The notes beneath the pieces were generated by a model. It saw only the letters and a list, made by a program, of their open reading frames with translations. It was not told the DNA's origin and ran no database searches. The position numbers and the translations under genes were made by a program. A stretch of 64,000 bases of DNA from positions 165,292,001 to 165,356,000 of the forward strand of contig NC_042999.1 in the NCBI RefSeq assembly GCF_006345805.1. Direction: 5' to 3'. The stretch comes from Octopus sinensis. Its lineage: Eukaryota. Below, piece after piece: positions 40,778 to 52,250 of this stretch. Positions within the stretch are counted from its first letter, which is position 1. The number at the start of each line of letters is the position of its first letter.

Positions 40778-41250
40778 GCGAACGATTTAACTTGCGCCTC
40801 GCCTCGTTTCGGGTATGTGGTATTGATAAGTCGCAAAGATGACGATGCATTAATGTCTACCGTTCCTGCAACGGGACCTGACGCGAGTTATCTCGGTTGC
40901 CTATGACTTCAATGGGTTTTAACACCAGGCCTATTGACGACAAGATATTCTCTTACGCCTATAAATCGCAGCCTTTGTGTATTTGCATTCAATATTGCTT
41001 ATATCCCAAAGGCTGCTTTTCATTCGTATTTGCAATTTTCCGCGGTAAGAAACGTTCTCACACCATTTTGCAGGTAGTCGTAGAGAACGATTTAAGTTGC
41101 CTCATTTTGGGTACGTAGTATTGACAAGTCCTGAAAGTTATCTCGCTAGCCTATGACTTCCGGATCTTTTAGCACAAGGCGTATTGACAAGAAGATATTC
41201 TCTTACGCCTATAAGTTGCAGCCAGCCTGTCGGGCTGCTTTTCATTCGTA
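40778..41250. repeat. Two diverged tandem copies of an unclassified repeat
   Basis: GAACGATTTAA..GTATTGA.AAGTC..GTTATCTCG..GCCTATGACTTC..AAGATATTCTCTTACGCCTATAA..GGCTGCTTTTCATTCGTAT at 40778-41035 and 41082-41250. Confidence 0.8.
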
Positions 41251-41264
41251 TGTGTGCGAGCGCG

Positions 41265-41303
<39 letters not shown>

Positions 41304-41646
41304 GTGTGTGTAATTACAGAGACTTATGCAAGAAAATATAAATTTAGGTGCATTTATATATGCATATACATATATGTATTTATTTGAAGTCACTTATGTC
41401 TATATATTTGAATATATATATATATATATATATATGTATTTATATGTTTATTAATGTATAATACATTAACTCCAGAACGAGTACTATGAGAACTTTGCAT
41501 TACACACATTCACAAACACACACTCACATAAGTACATGAATATATATGTATATTTGGTTCAAAATTATAGCAAAAACACAAAAGACAGAGACAGGTGAGG
41601 GAAAAAAACATAGTGTATTAGTTTGACGCTCAGAAACAATGGTAGT

Positions 41647-41682
41647 CTTTGACGTTTCAAGCCAACGCTCTTCTACTGAAAG
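41647..41682 (-). ncRNA. Hammerhead-like motif, A6U variant, within family D repeat (41585-41720)
   Basis: Minus strand: CUUU-CAGUAGA-A-GAGC-GUUG-GCUU-GAAA-CGUC-AAAG. Confidence 0.45.
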
Positions 41683-41884
41683 GAATGAGGAGAGAAAACA
41701 GGTGGGGAGAGGAAAAAAACGGAGAGAAAATACATACATACACATATGCGCGCGCACACGTATGTGTGTGTGTGCATTTTGGAACCGTCGGTGGTTTGTT
41801 TTCCTTCCGTTTGCTAGCAAATTAGGCAAAAATAACATCGGTAAAATAAGTATCAGGTTTTAAAGTAAGTATTATTACCTAAAA

Positions 41885-42030
41885 CTCTTTCTGGTCTAGG
41901 CACAAGGCCCGAAATTTTGGGGAGAGGTCAGTCGATTACATCGACCCCAGTACACAACTGGTACTTAATTTATCAACTCCGAAGGGATGAAAGGCAAAGT
42001 CGACGTCGGTGGCATTTGAACTCAGAACGA
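41885..42030 (-). mobile_element. SINE family A, 5'-truncated
   Basis: Matches the family A body and tail. Confidence 0.85.
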
Positions 42031-42689
42031 CAAATAGAATAATACTGAAACGACTTGTTACATTAATAAAAGCAAATATTTTGCAAGTATAACGGAAATA
42101 TTACCACAGTTGCTGTGAGAGTCAATTTCTGTATGTTAATTATAAATTCCATTTTTTAAACGTTTAATTCGAGTACTCTTATAATGCTATTCGCAAAACA
42201 AATTGAACGCATTTGTACTCATGATGTTTCTTTCCTTACCAGATACCACCGATTTCTTCATATACATTACAATACAATGAGTAATATCATCTTGGGCGAG
42301 TCGCTGATCAAGTCACTATCTATCTATATATTACTACGTCTGTTGGAAACTCAGTTGTGCCTGCAGAAGATGCATTTATTTCAATATACAGATTGATTTA
42401 TATTTTCGAATGGCTCCTCGATTTATTTAGGCCCATTTAATCATTATAGCTCTAAACCTGATTATTATCACTGGTTTCTAACAAAGAAATAAAAATTCTC
42501 CATCATTAGCGTTGGGATAATGATGTCTGTTATATATCGGACTTTTAAGAAAGCCTTGTTCTCTTAGTCTTTTATGTGTTTCAGCTAAAGCCTGTGGTCA
42601 TGCTGGGACACCACCAGTGACAAATAGAAGGTTCTTGTGAGCATCGAACTCATAGCTCTCTGCAAGCGAAGCAGATATTATAGCCACTA

Positions 42690-43520
42690 CACCGCAGGAT
42701 CTGATACAAGCTGCATCTAAAGGAGTTCGTGTTAGCCGTTATCTTTCGTTGCTTGAAAATCCTAGCTTCTCTAGAATATGGTTAAGACATTTACTAACAA
42801 CCGAATACCAATGGTATAAATGTAAATTCATAATCAGGTCAGAGAAGTTGCCGGCTTCGAAGCAGTCGTCCATAGGTATTCATCTCGCTGATTTTGAAAG
42901 ACATGTTCCATCTACATGGCAACTAACCTCTATGACAGTACATGACTTTGCGGTTCTATTCTTAATAGCTGGGTTAGATCTGTTATTTTTGCGCTAGATA
43001 GAAGTTTTGTTGGTAATGTTCCACTATATTCCTTGTGTTCTAAGGCGGCGAGCTGGCAGAATCGTTAGCTCGCTGGCCAAAATGCTTAACTGCATTTCGT
43101 CCGTCTTTGCGTCGTCTTTCATCCTTTCAGTGTCATAAAACAAGAACAGGTTGAACTCTGGGGTTGATGCTATCGGCTTACACCCTCCTCCCAACTAGCT
43201 AGCCTTGTACCAAAATTTGAAACCAGTATTCCTTCTGCCGATGTATTATCCATAGCAGAGATTTCTTTATATTTATCCTAGGGCAGTCTTTTCTGCGGAA
43301 GGCGTTGTATATTCTCTTAGTAACAATATCATATCGCATTAGGATGTATTAATAGTACCTCGATGACATTTTTGGATAGTTACTGATTGCATGACCCCCA
43401 CAAGTAACATAATCAACGCATGCAGTTACATCTTGGGGTTTTAAGGGCTTCATTATCCTGTATGTTTATGAGATATTTTGTTATTGTCTTCTGCCCAAGT
43501 ATGGCTATGTGCCTTACCAG
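42690..43520 (-). mobile_element. RLE-type non-LTR 3' region (second family), interrupted by SINE A at 43043-43228
   Basis: PKMSSRYY..MRYDIVTKRIYNAFRRKDCP, CTVIEVSC, NTYGRLLR..QLL*PDYEFTFIPLVFG, LEKLGFS..ER. Confidence 0.65.
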
Positions 43521-43828
43521 CTCACTTCGCAATACGCGGGATTGGTTTCAGTTTAAATAAACAATATACTCTATACTTTATCTTAGTATTCTCTACTACT
43601 TTCACTTTCAAACTGTAATAATTTCATTGTAAGTTTGCGTGTCCATCCATCTAAACACCCACCCACCCAGCCACCCACCTATCCATCCATCCATCCAACC
43701 ATCCTTCCTTCCTTCCTTGGCTGTAGGCATCGAAAGTTTAACCAACACACCAACTCAACCACGTATCTACAAACACCGGCGACCGGCTTGAACCCTCTCA
43801 AGAACTTAAATTAAACTCAAAGAAAAAG

Positions 43829-44281
43829 TATACATACACACATACATACACACATACATACACACATACATACACACATACATACATACACACATACATA
43901 CATACACACATACATACATACACACATACATACATACATACATACATACACACATGCATACACACATACATACATACATACATACATACACACATACATA
44001 CATACATACATACATACATACATACCTACATACATACACACATACATACATACACACATACATACACACATACATACATACATACATACAACATACATAC
44101 ATACATACACACATACATACATACATACATACATACATACACACATGCATACACACATACATACACACATACATACACACATACATACATACATACATAC
44201 ATACACACATACATACATACATACACACATACATACACACATACATACATACACACATACATACGCACATACATACACACA

Positions 44282-44315
<34 letters not shown>

Positions 44316-44522
44316 CATACACACGTACATACATGCATACATACATACACACACATACATACACACACACGCATACATACATACATACAAATATACATAC
44401 ATACATACACACATACATACACACATACATACATACACACATACAAACATACATACATACATACATACATACATACACACATACATACACACATACATAC
44501 ATACATACATACATACATACAT

Positions 44523-44553
<31 letters not shown>
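43829..44553. repeat. About 720-bp (TACA/CACA)n microsatellite
   Basis: Directly visible. Confidence 0.97.
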
Positions 44554-44628
44554 TACGAGGGGCGTTCAATAAGTAATGCCCCTGACCCACTTCCCATAGC
44601 AGTAGAGCAACGAAACTTGGAACAGTTA

Positions 44629-45680
44629 TTAGTCTTTTTCTACATAGGAACCACCCAGAGTTACGCATTTCTCCCATCGTTTGATGCAGCTCTGAAGACC
44701 GTTTTTGTAGAAGACCCCAGCTTGGTCCTCCAGCCACAACGTGACTTCAGAAATAAAGGCTGCATCATCTGGGAAACGATTTCCTTTCAAAAACAACTTC
44801 ATGGCTGGAAGAGGTGAAAATCAGAGGGTGCAATGTCAGGAGAGTAGGGGGGATGGGGAATGAGTTCATAGCCGCACGCCTGTGCTTCTGATCTGGCGAC
44901 ACGCGAGTTGTGGATCGGAGCGTTGTCCTGCAGGAGGAGGATGCCTTTGCTGATTTTGCCCCGCCTCTTGATTTTGATAGCTTCTCTTAATTTCCTCAAA
45001 AGTGAAGCATAATAGACTCCTGTAATTGTGGCACCATTTGCCAGGAAATCTGTCATCACTACTCCGTCCTGGTCCCAGAAGACTGTAAGCATGACCTTGC
45101 CAGCGGAGGGCTGCACCCTTGCCTTCTTTGGAGGAGGTGAGTCACGTTGCTTCCACTGCATTGACTGGGCTTTGGTCTCTGGATCATAGTGATGGACCCA
45201 GGTTTTATCCTATGCAATCAGTCTTTTGAAAAATTTTGACTCATCTTCTTGGCACATCTCCAAATTCATCCACGAGCAATCGACGCGTTCTTGCTTCTGG
45301 AAAGGTGTGAGCAGTCTGGGAATCCATCTGGCAGACACCTTTTGCATATGCAAATGGTCATGAATGATAGTTTCCACAGACCCGGTACTAATCTTGACCT
45401 CATGGGCTATTTGGTGAATAGTTATGCGTCGATCTTACAAAATGGCTGCCTCAACTTGACGGACAGATGCCTCATCAATGGCAGAAGCGGGGCGACCAGA
45501 TCTGGGAGCTGTTTCCACAGAGTTCCAACCATGTTTGAATTCACGATGCCAGCGTTTTACAAGGTCATATGATGGGGCATCATCACCATTAGTTACTTTC
45601 ATTTCATGAAAAGTCTCCCGTGGTGTGCGTCCTTTCAAATACAAAAACCGGATCACTGCTCGACACTCAACATGCTCCAT
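44629..45680 (-). pseudogene. Mariner transposase pseudogene
   Basis: HTH region, WIPRLL, *DKTWV, QDNAP, YSPDIAPSDF (34 residues between the last two D). Two premature stops and a frameshift near 44800. Confidence 0.93.
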
Positions 45681-45778
45681 TTCACACTTGACTCAGTTCA
45701 AACACCTGTAAATCGGAAACCATAATTAGTTCAGAGCTGTAATTCGCCACTTAATCTATAGAGGTATAAATAAGTGTA

Positions 45779-45877
45779 CATGCGGGGGGATCTAAACCCT
45801 CTAAATTTACAAACTTATTTAGATCCCCCCGCACCGTATAGTTCGTAAATTTAGAGGGTTTAGATCCCCCCGCACTG
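45779..45877. mobile_element. 99-bp mini-MITE nested in the mariner 5' UTR
   Basis: Perfect 30-bp inverted repeat 45781-45810 / 45845-45874; CA(G)TG termini; TA/TG flanks; third internal 16-bp copy at 45818-45833. Confidence 0.7.
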
Positions 45878-45944
45878 TGCACTTATTTATCAAACAACTG
45901 CAAGTGGGTCAGAGGCATTACTTATTGAACGCCCCTCGTACATA

Positions 45945-46190
45945 CTATTGGAGGATCTACAGTTACTTTACCCAGATTACAAGTTCAGGTAATTATTACC
46001 TGTAATTATTGGGGGCACTGTAATTATTCGAGGTACTGGAATATGTAACACACCACCTAAGTACTGATCTCGAGAAATTAGGCTTCTCAAAATCAGAAAG
46101 GCGAAAGCTGATTCTAAGACTACAGATCGAAGCCATCACAGGAACTGTAAGAGTTTGTAAGTCTTTCCAGACGTTTATCGTTTCAGCATA
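45945..46190 (+). mobile_element. RLE-type non-LTR extreme 3' fragment, same family as 42.7 kb
   Basis: LLEDLQLLYPDYKFR..PVIIG..LEKLGFSKSERRKLILRLQIEAITGTVRVCKSF. Confidence 0.7.
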
Positions 46191-46346
46191 CATGTCTATG
46201 TCTAGATATGCAACAATATGCATGAGGATACATACATAAAACAAAAACATACTGACTGGCACATACACTGACTCCAAATACTGCATATATACACGCACAC
46301 ATGCAAAAGCACACTGTTGTTGTTGTTGCTGCTGCTGCTGCTGCCG

Positions 46347-46402
<56 letters not shown>

Positions 46403-48653
46403 GAAATTCCAGTGAAGGATCCTTCGATCAAGGTTAGAAACCGACTCTTCCTCTACTGATAATAAATCGTGAAATAAAACTGAATAATGGTATACATACA
46501 GACAGACATATAGACCGACAGACACACACATACATACACACTTACACAAACATACATGTAAATATACTTTAATATAATTATTATACGTATTTATGTGTTT
46601 ATTTCATTTATTTTAAAAAAGATAAATGTAAGTCACTGAAATGTATCCTATATTCATTTTTTGCTTCTTTTCAAGTCTTGTGCTTTTGTCTATTACTCAA
46701 TGGGATGAGATCCTGCGCTCTGCTGTGAACAAGCATTGATCAGTAACAGCAAAGTTATCGAAGTAGCCGCTCTTTTTAGCCTCATAGATGTATGTATTTA
46801 TTGATATTTTGGCATTGTCATTGTTTGTAGCGGAAGGACTCGGCGGTGAAGGTGGCTGTTTACATCGTCTTGGTGGTACTTTTCTTGATGATGATGACGA
46901 TGGGACTGATATAATGATGATATATGTGGTGATGACGACGACAATGGTGATGAAGGTGATATAATGACAATATTACAGTAACACGTCGCCTACTTAAAAG
47001 ACATAAATGTCGCTGTCGGCTGACTCCTTTTCTTGATCTTATTGCTGAGTTGTTGCTTCTGTTCTTCGATCTCAGCAGTAAATGGAACCAATTACAGAGA
47101 TACGATTGTAGCCATTAGTGATAGGTGTACATTTATTTTTATATATGTTTCTATTATTGCTCTTTGTCAGTTATTTATCGGAGAATTGTAAGAACAAATC
47201 TAATATCGTCTGTTTCTTACAAATTTTTTTCTTCCCTGAGATATCATGTTGCGGAGTTCAAACAAAGAAAGCTTCATAGAGCTGTCGGAGATGTAAAATA
47301 ACTTGCTATCAAATCCCCTTCTCGCTTTCGTTCTTTCTGGTCAGAATACTTCATTTGGCATCACTTCAGTTCACCTAGCAGTGAAGAAATAGGGACCAGA
47401 TTACCTGACAGTGCTTAGATTCCCACTAACATTCTCTAATCATCTCGGTCTGCCTTATTTTTCATATCTAAAAATTATCTCTGTAATTTTCCTTCCATGT
47501 AAAACTCTCATATTCAGGTATTTATCGACATATAGGTATTCGCCAAAATATCTAAGTTGCATATCATGACTGCTCTTGTTGTGGTTGTTGTCGTTGTTGC
47601 TGTTGTTCTGATTAAACTGAAATGTCATGAAATGTATTCCAGCCGTGAGTAGTTGGTCCATCTTCTTTGGATGTGTTTCTAAGATTACAATGTTTAAACA
47701 ATGAAAAATTAAGACAACAGCCATCCTTCCTTCTTCTTTTTTTTTAAAGACGATAGGACGAAGTTTGATGAGGGTTTAGTTGCTATTTCTAACAACTGGT
47801 TTATTGATTATACAGATGTTTCCTCGCTTGATGATTGTAGCTGTTGTCCATGGTTGTTATAATTAGGGGTAGCTGTAATGGTACGATGATGACGGTGGTG
47901 GCGGCGGCAGCGGTTGTGGTGGTGGTGGTGGTGTTGTTCTTGTTGTTGTTGTTGGTGGTGGTGGTATGATTGTGAAGTGTTTGAAGTGGTTTCATGGAAT
48001 GACGTTGGTGATGGTAGTTTTGATGACATGGCTGTTGTGTTAATTTTCCATTGTTTAAACATCATTCCAAACTTCAGTATTTTGTCTGTTTTTCAAGCAA
48101 AATGTATCCAAGACTACATTATCTATTGTGTTCTTTTATAAAACGGGTCAAAAGTTTTCTGTTGCCATTGGCTATTACTATTATAACTTATAATGCTGTT
48201 GCAGCTAACGATGACGGTCATAACAGCTTTCGTGGCCTTCTGCATACAACAAATGTCATCTATAAGCTACTTAGCTACTTCATGCCAAAGTATACTGATT
48301 CTATGAACAGATCGCGGAAACACACTTCAAGCTAACAGGGCATTCCCTAAATGATCACATTACCTGCTAGAAACAGCAGCCAAATCTCCTTCAAATATCC
48401 TGAGAATAAAGGTCTAATCAAAGCTAACCTGAAGTTTACAATCATATTCAGTAAAGTAGATCATCTTTAAACGGCACAAAAATACAGTGCAGTTCCTTAC
48501 TCTCTCTAATCATGAACAACACAGAATTAAAACCCTCAACGTCACCATAAATGATGTTTCTTGCAATCTCCGATAATCTTTGATGGTAACTTCAAGTGTA
48601 GCTTTGCTACAACTGCATCTCAAGGTCTAGGATTTATATTCAAGGCCAGAAAA

Positions 48654-48753
48654 NNNNNNNNNNNNNNNNNNNNNNNNNNNNNNNNNNNNNNNNNNNNNNN
48701 NNNNNNNNNNNNNNNNNNNNNNNNNNNNNNNNNNNNNNNNNNNNNNNNNNNNN
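48654..48753. other. Assembly gap (100 N)
   Basis: Run of N; contiguity across it is not guaranteed. Confidence 1.
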
Positions 48754-49304
48754 GCTGTTGCTGCTGTTAAGATTATATTTGCTTAAATTCTATTAAATAG
48801 CTACCTGCAAACATTCGCGGGTATTGTATAGTGTAACAGTACCAGCAGCTGCAGCAACAACAACAATAATAACAGCAACAACAACCATAACAACTTAATT
48901 TTTTTTTTAATTCTCTGTCAATACAATTTGCTTGATGCAAAACAGCACACACACACACACACACACACACGAACATATATTTGTCTGAATATGTATGTGT
49001 CTATGTGTAAGCTTGACAGGTGTGTGTGTGTATATATGTGTGTAGTATATGTGCATAAATATATGTGTGTGTGTGTATATATATAAATGTGTGTTCGTGT
49101 GTGTGTGCGTGTATCTATGTAAGTGTTTACGAGTATATCTATTTGTGTAAGCATGCCATACATACATACCCTTGAGGCTCCAGGACGCAATTGAAAATAG
49201 AGATTTTGCCATATCTCTGTGGAAGACATCACACGTGTGACGAAGACAGGTGAGGGTGCGACAAACAGGTGTATTAGTTGGACGTTTGGGAAGAATGGAA
49301 AAGT

Positions 49305-49340
49305 CTTTGACGTTTCGAGCCTAGGCTCTTCGATAGAAAG
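49305..49340 (-). ncRNA. Hammerhead-like motif, A6U variant, within family D repeat (49235-49400)
   Basis: Minus strand: CUUU-CUAUCGA-A-GAGC-CUAG-GCUC-GAAA-CGUC-AAAG. Confidence 0.45.
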
Positions 49341-49478
49341 TGCTCGGAGGGAAAAAAAGAGTGAGGACAGAAAAAATGGGGAGAGAAGAAAGCGTGTTGG
49401 GAATAACAGTTCAACACACACACATACACACACACACACGAACACACACAAACACACGCACACACACACACGCATATA

Positions 49479-49586
<108 letters not shown>

Positions 49587-50231
49587 ACTTTTAAGTTGAC
49601 TTAAAAGCTATAAATTATAGTGTGTAAATATTTGGTTGAAAAGCCCTTGGGTGAAAAGGGTTGAAACTGCCCATGGTATTTGAAACCATATCTTCTGTAA
49701 GCAAGACAGGTGTTCAAATATTTTACTAAAAAAAAGCCCTCGAAATTGTCCCTTTATTTTACAAGTGATGTTCTTACCAGCAAAAATTGTATGTTGTTTA
49801 GAAACTTCGGGAAACGTGGAAATCGAAGTAGATAAGGCTATAAATAATAGCGCGTAAATATTGTGTGCATAAAACCCCCTTGGATGGAAAAAGTCGAAAA
49901 CTGCTATAATTAGTATGTATGTGCGTTTGTAACATATACATACATATGTAGGTTTATATATGTGTGCATGTGTGTGCATGTATATATATTATACAAAATG
50001 CATATATGTTTTTTATATAAATATATGTGTTTATGCAAATTATGTAAGTATTAACCAGGAATTGCAAAGTTCAACATAGTCAAATAACTATCAGCTTCTT
50101 CATATTCTTCAGATTATAGTATGTTTCGTTAGCTTTTGCTTATGTATAGGAGTATTTTCACGAATACAGTAAATCATAATTTACAAGAGGGACTTAGTTT
50201 TATGGTGCCGAGTATACATCCGTTTCCCTGC

Positions 50232-50304
<73 letters not shown>

Positions 50305-50804
50305 CTTCCATGCCATCCGCTCCTGTTGGTTTCCACCACACTCATCGTCCTTTTATCTCATAAACTTTACGATGAACACACACTTTCAATATTTCTCTCT
50401 TTCATACGATAGTTAGCATCCTTTCTGTTTCTATCTCAAGTCGAAAAATACCCGTTTTATTAATATTTATTTGTCTGTGTTTTTCGTATCAGTCTTGTGT
50501 TTCCCCCTCGTGCATTTCCGTCGAAAGACGCGATTTGGTTTTGTTTTGCTTTTTTCCTTGGTGCTCTCTGATGACCGATACTAGTATTTCCAGCACCATT
50601 TATATCTGTTTTTTTATTCCCTTTCCCTTAATTGTCGCACACATCATTCACTATTACTTAGATTTATATATTTATGTGTCGTCAATAATGATGGCCAATG
50701 TTCGTGATATTATTGTGATAGTATAAATATACTATTTTTCCAGTTGGAAGTATTGCTCAAAAATGTTCATGATGAAAGTTGCTAATGAGAGAAGAAGCCA
50801 TCAT

Positions 50805-51175
50805 CGTCGTCGTCTTCGTCACGTCTCGTTATGCTTGACAGTAGAACAAGAATGGCCCCAATTAAGTATGAGCTCTCCAGCTGTCTTGCCATTCATGCCC
50901 AGCCAACTTGTGATAACGTTTTTCCATTGTGCTCTTTGTCTGTCTCTTGATCGACCACATTCTATTCTTCCTTCCATGATAATGTTTCCCAGATCTCTGC
51001 TTCTTTGAATATTGCCACAATAGATGAGATTTTGTTTTTTCATAATGTTCAGGAGTTGTCTTTCACCTACTTGCTGTAAAACCCATTCATTTGTCCGATG
51101 GTCTTTGTAAGTGACTCGTAACATTCTTCTATACAGCGGCATTTCAAACGCATTATATACTCTTCAAATTTGTTC
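50805..51175 (-). mobile_element. RTE-clade LINE, short 3' fragment
   Basis: AFEMPLYRRMLRVTYKDHRTNEWVL..IMEGRIECGRSRDRQRAQW. Confidence 0.85.
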
Positions 51176-51227
51176 AGAGCATGTGGATATAAATATAAAT
51201 GCCATAATAACAAGAAAATGAGAAAAT

Positions 51228-51444
51228 TGTATCGTACAGACAAGAAGGCGATATTTCGAACGCCGTATAACCGTGAAAACAGCAGAAAGAGTGGGTATTA
51301 TTGCCCTTATTAGATGGAAAAAAAGTTGTCAACAAACAGCCACTGGACTGTTCGTTGATAACTTTTTTCCGTCTAATCTTTCTGCTGTTTTCACGGCTAT
51401 ATTGCGTTCGAAATATTGCTTTCTTATCTGTCCAATACGATACA
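51228..51444. mobile_element. 217-bp foldback element (MITE-like hairpin)
   Basis: Outer arms 51228-51290 / 51377-51444 and inner arms 51310-51339 / 51348-51376 are reverse complements, with an 8-nt loop. Confidence 0.8.
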
Positions 51445-52131
51445 CATTCGACCATTTTAAAAACAAAATAAAAGCTTGTTTACATATATTATTGTTGCAT
51501 AAGAAAACTATATTTATCACTCACTCAGTATTACATATTCTTCATTACCTTTGTACAATATTTTCCACAATAAATGGTCCGCCTTATTTCACAAATATTG
51601 TATATGTATTCAAAACTACCAAAATATATGCATATTTACATATGAGCACATGATCCTATATTACATGCATGTTCAAAAGGTTTCCAAAGGAGAGCAGGTT
51701 TAGCTTATGCAAAAGCAGTAAACTTACAACATATTTGACACATTCTCTGTAAATGCTACAGATATATATAATAAGCATTATTATTCACATTCCCTGCAAA
51801 ATTTCCTGAAGAAAAAAATTTCTTGTATAGACATGAGGAGGCACTAACACACTTTGGCCTTCTGAGTTTTGAATTTGTAATTTCAAATTACCGTTTTTTG
51901 TTCTATTTAAAGCAAGAAATACATGCGAGAAATGTAATAAGTAGACAGGGTAAAGGTGAAAACATGATACCTCTCATTAAATTGAATATAAACGATAATA
52001 ACGGAGTATAGTAGGATATACGAAGTAGAATAATTAATTGAAGAAATAAGACTATATGCAAATACAATAGTGTATTAAATATATATTCATGAAATACAGC
52101 ATATTATATAGATAGATAGATAATAGATAGA

Positions 52132-52165
<34 letters not shown>

Positions 52166-52191
52166 ACAGACAGACAGACAGACAGACAGAC

Positions 52192-52249
<58 letters not shown>

Positions 52250-52250
<1 letters not shown>

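Larger units (their letters stand above)
44556..45938 (-). mobile_element. Full-length mariner (DD34D, irritans/Hsmar2-like TIR)
   Basis: 37-bp TIRs CGAGGGGCGTTCAATAAGTAATGCC(C/T)CTGACCCACTT with 1 mismatch; TA TSD at 44554-44555 and 45939-45940. Confidence 0.95.

Noticed and set aside
48500-48900. ORF or structure spanning the N run
   Set aside because: The 100 N are a placeholder gap, so nothing across it can be inferred.
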